Shown here piece by piece: positions 58,564 to 64,000 of a stretch of 64,000 nt of DNA. The position numbers were made by a program, and so were the translations under genes. The stretch is from Ignavibacteriota bacterium. GTDB taxonomy: Bacteria; Bacteroidota; Ignavibacteria; UBA10030; CAVZMI01. The notes under the pieces are model-generated. The model saw only the letters and a list, made by a program, of their open reading frames with translations. It searched no databases and was not told where the DNA came from. The stretch's first letter is position 1. Each line of letters opens with the position of its first letter. The stretch is taken from the NCBI GenBank assembly GCA_963776275.1, contig CAVZMI010000020.1:96001-160000 (forward strand), in the 5' to 3' direction.

Positions 58564-59742
58564 TTATTGGTTATAAGTAAATTCATAAAGATGTCCAATA
58601 AATTGCAGCACATAGATTCTATTAGTACCATCGCCTCGTCCAGGTCCAACAGTCAAACCGTTTAATGATGTACTTCCATCCGTTGTCATTTGAGAGGATT
58701 TTATCCAAGAGTCATTGACGAAAGTATACTCAGCTAATCTGTCGAAATGTGCAGACCAATAGAGTCGATTTATTCCATCGTTACGCCCTATTCCACCACA
58801 TATTTGATTGATGCCTGGTTCGCTCCCAACCATGACTTTTGTCCATTGATCGTTAGTAAAATAAAATTCATAAAGGTTACCGCCATCGCCTGCAAAAACA
58901 GCTGGCCGGCCATTGTGAGTATTGGTAATTTCCACAACACTCCATGCCACAACATTTTCAGGGAGAGATATTAATTGACCTAAAGATGATTTTTTCCATG
59001 AGCCATTTTCAAAACTTATTTCGGATATTTCTGTAGTAAAATATGAAATATAAATACGATCCTTACCATCTCCACGACCATTACCGACACATATATCTGA
59101 TAAGTTATTATATTCTGTAACGACAAGAGTTTTTACCCAAATTCCGCTCCGAAAGCTAATTTCATATATTCCTCCAGCTCCAGATATATATAATGATTCA
59201 AATCCATCATTCTTTGGGTCTCCGATAACCAGGTAACCTCCACCAAGAGAATAGATATCTTGAATAGTCCATTGATTATTGGCAAAATCAAACTCACATA
59301 CTTTATTTGACGATACTCCATATAAGCGAAGTATTCCATCATTTTTACACCTTCCTATTGCAATCGAATTAAATCCTGAAATACCTTTATCTATCCTTGT
59401 TTTCGTCCAACTGTTATTACTATAACTAAACTCTTGAATGCCAATGCTTCCAAAAGGGTTACCAGCTAAAATATAGAGTCTTGAGATACCATCTCCTCTG
59501 AGACCAGCAATGATGATTTGACCACTCACACGATCCGTTGAAATTTGTCCAATGTCAACAGCGTTCCAATTTTTATCCTTTTCCAGTTCTATTTCCGGTT
59601 CTATCGATTGAGTTTTTGAACAAGAAATCAAAGCAAAGGCGAGTAACAACACGCAAAACCTAAATAGTTTTTCAATAGGAATTTTTCTCGTTGTATCATA
59701 CTGTTTCGATGTATGATTTGTGGATTGAGTAAATTGGATCAT
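58564..59742 (-). CDS. Putative lipoprotein with FG-GAP-like beta-propeller repeats
   Basis: Lipobox LISC; about seven repeats of G-x-G-R-[GN]-D-G-x-x-R-[IL]-Y...E-F/Y...W; AT-rich. Confidence 0.75.
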   Translation of the reverse strand: MIQFTQSTNHTSKQYDTTRKIPIEKLFRFCVLLLAFALISCSKTQSIEPEIELEKDKNWNAVDIGQISTDRVSGQIIIAGLRGDGISRLYILAGNPFGSIGIQEFSYSNNSWTKTRIDKGISGFNSIAIGRCKNDGILRLYGVSSNKVCEFDFANNQWTIQDIYSLGGGYLVIGDPKNDGFESLYISGAGGIYEISFRSGIWVKTLVVTEYNNLSDICVGNGRGDGKDRIYISYFTTEISEISFENGSWKKSSLGQLISLPENVVAWSVVEITNTHNGRPAVFAGDGGNLYEFYFTNDQWTKVMVGSEPGINQICGGIGRNDGINRLYWSAHFDRLAEYTFVNDSWIKSSQMTTDGSTSLNGLTVGPGRGDGTNRIYVLQFIGHLYEFTYNQ

Positions 59743-60212
59743 GATCGTTTATCCTCTTATGGTTGAATGCTTTTAGTTTCAAGATACACAACCACTAAAG
59801 GAAAGTTGTCACAACATTGTCAAAAGAATGTCATAAAATATTGGAGGGTTGCAATATCGTTCGTATAACTAAGTCATAAGCAATTCGTGTGTTCTAACAA
59901 TAATTAGACTGATCCGCATAAGATACTTATTTTAGGTTTTGTGTCCGTATAACAAGCCATGGGATTTCTTGCCGAAGGCGTGTTAAATCCTTGGCATTCC
60001 ATCGATCGTAACTGACGGCGACGCCACGATATATTTTTAAATCCAGCCTCTTAAGTCGGATGTTTTCGGAGGAACAATTGAATGTTACATAATCTTAGGC
60101 TAATAATCAAACGGCAGCCCTATTCGGAGCTGCCGCAGAGTGGGACTCGTGATAAGACTCATTTATTTTTTTGCCCAAATGTTTTGATTTGGTCTGAAGA
60201 CATACAGCCCGT

Positions 60213-61477
60213 TCATCTTAGTAAAACAAGTTTTTTCGTTTCAGTGTAATTCCCTGATTTAAGTCGATAGAAATAGACTCCACTCGGCAAATTAGCAGCA
60301 TTGAAGTTTACCTGATACACTCCGGCCGACTTTTGTTCGCTAACAAGTACATCCACTACCTGTCCAAGCACATTATAGACTTTAAGCGTGACGGACGATG
60401 CCTGCGGTAGTTCATAGCGAATGGTTGTACTCGGATTGAACGGGTTGGGATAGCACTGCATCAGATCAAATTTTTCGGGCAAAGATTCGCTTTTTGAAAT
60501 ACGGGTCGGTGCGATTTCACCTTGAAACAAAAAAGGAGGAGTGAAATAAAATATCGCATTTGAAAGATGAACGCATCCGGTTTTAAGATGAACGCCGTTC
60601 GTCGTTGACCCTGTAAAATGAAAACGATCTGCCGCTGAATAAACATCCACGGCGCCGACCGAAAAAACAGTCCTTCCCGTCATATTGAATACCATATCGG
60701 CGGAAGACAAATTGAATAGAACTTCTGTGAAACCCGACGAACGGTAACCGTTAATTCTGATATTCTTCGTGATTGTGGGAGCATCGGTATAATTACCTGC
60801 AGCGATGTTAATCATATCGTCGTCTCCAAGACCCACAATAATGACGTGTGAAATCGATGTCACCGGCCCTTGCCCGGGTAAGCCGGCGTCGGCGATAAAC
60901 CATTATATGCATCAAGGCCGGTAACGATATCGACATACCATGTCATCGGAGGAGGCGCCGTGCCTGCAGGAATACTCGTCTGAAACAAGAAAGGAGGAGC
61001 TATATAAAATATCGCTGTTGAGAGAAGAATTTCCCCTGAGTGCAGATAAATTCCCGTATTGTCTGATCCGGTAAAATAAAAACGGTCTGCAGCTAAAAGC
61101 CCGTAGGCGCTCACATCATCCAGACTAAATGTGGTAACGCCGCTCATATTGAATACCATGCTCGCCGTGGAAACGTTGAAAATTACGTCTGATAATCCGG
61201 TTATTTTATAGCCGTTGACGGTAATATTTTTGGAAATTGTCGGGGAGTCGGAATACGTCCCCGCGGCAATGTTTATGATGTCGCCGTCATTGAGTGCACC
61301 GGTGGCTATGACCTCCGAGATGGTACTTTTGGGGCCATTACCGGGAGGCGAATTTATCGGTGATAAACCGTTGTTCGCGCCCAAGCCACTCGTGATATCG
61401 ACGTACCAGGTTGTTTGAGAAGATAGGGTGCCTGTAAGTCCGATAAGAATAAAAAGTATCATTAATAGCTTTTTCAT
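60213..61477 (-). CDS. Secreted two-repeat protein with T9SS-type C-terminal sorting domain, frameshifted near 60865
   Basis: Two TWYVDI..G....NGLSP repeats; the second continues in another frame; YPNPFNPSTTIRY...SGVYFY...KKLVLLR C-terminus. Confidence 0.8.
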
Positions 61478-61560
61478 TTTTCAACTCCTTCCGGGTTTAA
61501 TGAAAATTCTACAATATATGAATGTATACACTTATGTGTATAGATGTATCGTTTCAGAGC

Positions 61561-61607
61561 CTTGTGTCGAGCTTGTGGTGAGCTTGTCGAACCATCAATT
61601 GAGACAC
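61561..61607 (+). repeat. Two-layer nested palindrome
   Basis: cttgtgtcgagcttg[tggtgagcttgtcgaacca]tcaattgagacac. Confidence 0.7.
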
Positions 61608-61776
61608 TAGCATACCAAAATAGGGTTGAAACAAAGAGATGGATTCTGGTATTATCCTTTCATGGAAGGAATGAAAATGTGCGACCAGAATCAACTTCAC
61701 ATCACTACAACCTATTCCGTCGGTATGATCAAACTTCCTAATCTTTGCATTCCTAAAACAAAGAGTACTTATCCAA

Positions 61777-62295
61777 TTACCTTCTCTCTCTGAATGGCGG
61801 AAGTATAACAAACATCGCATTTCCCTGTAGAATAGAACCTGACTTCAAATAAAAACCCGATGACGATGTACCTTTGAACTGAAACCGGTTTGCAGCAGGA
61901 TAATTATAACCGGGTCCGCTGATAGCTCTGATATTAAATAGCACCGTTCTGTCCCCGGGCACGTCAAACACCATATCGCCGGCGGTTAATTTAATTTCCA
62001 CCGCTCGCCCGGTACCGGAAGGATTATAGCCGATGAAATTAATAACTTTATCAACGGTTGGACTTTCATTATACGGCACACCGGTGGCGGCGATATAAAT
62101 GGTTGTACTATCGACCGCAGCAAGTAACGCATTAGAAATATGTTGTTTCGGTTCATCAGCGCCTCCCTTAAAAACCGGAGACAAACCATTATAGGAATCC
62201 ATACCAATCTTATTATTTACATACAATTTCATTTGAGCAAATGTCATACTTACCAAGACAATGATGAAGAAAAATACCATAAATAGTTTTTTCAT
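61777..62295 (-). CDS. Secreted single-domain paralog of the downstream repeat protein
   Basis: LYVN..G.DSYNGLSP, ANRFQFKG, PPF motifs shared with 60213-61477. Confidence 0.7.
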   Translation of the reverse strand: MKKLFMVFFFIIVLVSMTFAQMKLYVNNKIGMDSYNGLSPVFKGGADEPKQHISNALLAAVDSTTIYIAATGVPYNESPTVDKVINFIGYNPSGTGRAVEIKLTAGDMVFDVPGDRTVLFNIRAISGPGYNYPAANRFQFKGTSSSGFYLKSGSILQGNAMFVILPPFRERR

Positions 62296-62402
62296 TTTGT
62301 CATCTCCCTTTTGATAGTAATCCTTAATTAAAAACGGCAACCGTATATCGACACATGTGCCGGTTTTTTTGCTCCACTACCTTTTTGAGACTTTCCGTAT
62401 TC

Positions 62403-62966
62403 TTATACCATATGAGTAATAACAATCCGTATCCCGATAATACAGAGAATAATTCCCCCCACTATCTCCATTCTCTTTCCGAATTTTTCCCCGAGAACAT
62501 GACCGAGGCGCAAGCCGACAAGCGATAATATCCCTGTGATCACACCGATAATGATGCTCGGATACCAGATATCGATTCGTATGATCGCCAGACTGAGACC
62601 TACCGCCAGGGCATCGATGCTTGTGGCAACCGACAGAATAACGAGTGTTATACCGGTAGTGGGATCACCGGAAGATTCCTGAATCTCGGGCCCGGTTTTC
62701 AAACCGGCACGAATCATTTTGCCCCCCACATACATCAGAAGTGCGAATGCGATCCAGTGGTCGAATGCCTGTATGATCGGCTCGATCGTATACCCGATAT
62801 ACCATCCGATAACGGGCATGAAGAATTGAAAAAGTCCGAAATGAAACGAAATCCTGAATACCGGCCCTGGTCCTTTTCCATACCGGGACGATCCGACTCC
62901 CAGCGCAACTGCAAAGGCATCCATTGCCAATCCGATTGCTATCAAAATAATTTCTATCGTGGTCAT
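62403..62966 (-). CDS. mntP: Manganese efflux pump MntP
   Basis: LAMDAFAV, FQFFMP, DHWIAF, ATSIDALAVG. Confidence 0.93.
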   Translation of the reverse strand: MTTIEIILIAIGLAMDAFAVALGVGSSRYGKGPGPVFRISFHFGLFQFFMPVIGWYIGYTIEPIIQAFDHWIAFALLMYVGGKMIRAGLKTGPEIQESSGDPTTGITLVILSVATSIDALAVGLSLAIIRIDIWYPSIIIGVITGILSLVGLRLGHVLGEKFGKRMEIVGGIILCIIGIRIVITHMV

Positions 62967-62977
62967 CAATTATAAAA

Positions 62978-63020
62978 ATAAAAAAGGTGAATGCTGATGA
63001 AAAGATACTTGCATTCACCT
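62978..63020 (-). terminator. Intrinsic terminator after clpX
   Basis: aggtgaatgc / gcattcacct 10-bp stem followed by a T-run on the minus strand. Confidence 0.7.
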
Positions 63021-63043
63021 GATGCTTTGTTAGGACATCCTTT

Positions 63044-64000
63044 CTATGCGGTTGCCTTCCGGTCTTCGTAGAGATAAATCGGCTCGTTTTTTCTAAGAAT
63101 GGATTCTTTTGTGATAATACATTTTGTTATATTCTGTCGTGCGGGAAGATGGTACATAATGTCGAGCATAGTGTCTTCGATAATGGATCGAAGTGCGCGG
63201 GCACCTGTCCCGCGTTCCATGGCACGTTGCACAACACATTCCAGTGCATGCTTTTCAAACTCAAGCTCAACCCCTTCGATGGCGAAAAGTTTTTTATACT
63301 GTTTGATGAGAGCGTTCTTCGGCTCCGTGAGGATACTCAGCAGCGCGTTTTCCGAAAGTGAATGAAGAGTTGCGACAACATGAAGCCGGCCTACAAATTC
63401 CGGAATCAAACCGAATTTCAGAAGATCGTCGGGTTCAACAAGGTGGAGGAATTCATCAAGAGTCTCTTCCTTCCGTACCTTCAGCTCTGCGCCAAATCCG
63501 ATCGGATTCTGGCTCACCCTTCGCTCGATAATCTTTTCGAGTCCTTCAAACGCACCGCCGCAAATGAACAGTATATTTTTCGTGTTCAGGTTAATCAGGC
63601 TCTGTTCAGGATGTTTTCGTCCCCCTTTGGGCGGTACGCCTGCGATTGTACCCTCAAGGATTTTCAATAACGCCTGCTGGACACCTTCCCCTGAAACGTC
63701 GCGTGTGATCGAAGCGCTGTCGCTTTTCCGTGCAATTTTATCGATCTCGTCGATGTACACGATACCTCTCTCCGCCCGTTCCACATTGTAATCGGCATTC
63801 TGTAGGAGATAGACTAAAATTGTCTCGACATCATCACCGACATAGCCGGCCTCCGTCAGGGTTGTCGCGTCGGCAATAGCAAACGGTACGTCCAAAACCT
63901 TTGCAAGTGTCTGCGCAAGCATCGTTTTACCGACTCCGGTACGGACCAATCAGCAGAATATTGCTTTTTTCAATCTCGACATCATCGAGATTCTTCAACG
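63044..64000 (-). CDS. clpX: ATP-dependent Clp protease ATPase ClpX (5' part outside window; extra base at 63941)
   Basis: KSNILLIGP|[46 protein letters not shown]. Confidence 0.96.

Noticed and set aside
62967-63043. yybP-ykoY manganese riboswitch upstream of mntP
   Set aside because: The spacer is only about 75 bp and is occupied by a simple terminator hairpin; no aptamer motifs seen

Overview
64-kb chromosomal window from an FCB-group bacterium, most likely Ignavibacteria-like (inferred from a PorV/PorQ-family gene, a T9SS-type C-terminal sorting domain, a PGI/PMI-type isomerase and fni). It holds mostly housekeeping and accessory genes: a hypABFC...D hydrogenase-maturation cluster split by a five-gene ABC export cassette, amtB, GH10 and GH20 hydrolases, pfkA, fni, HPr/EI, an ECF sigma/anti-sigma operon, queF, HU, tRNA-Pro(TGG), mntP and clpX. 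The most striking signal is non-coding. At eight or more loci, short (about 20-25 bp) GC-rich hairpin units have inserted into the loops of one another, giving Russian-doll nests. The deepest is a six-layer nest inside hypF whose layers parse as 24/20/21/21/21/24 bp. At three loci, removing the insert exactly restores a sequence that is intact elsewhere in the window, with no target-site duplication. A minimal GIY-YIG islet bounded by a duplicated tRNA-Pro 3' end carries such a hairpin in its T-loop copy. An AbiE (type IV TA) islet is bounded by a 21-bp duplication of the fni start. Several single-base frameshifts (clpX Walker A, a T9SS-type gene, hypF) suggest assembly indel errors, so gene breaks should be treated with caution.
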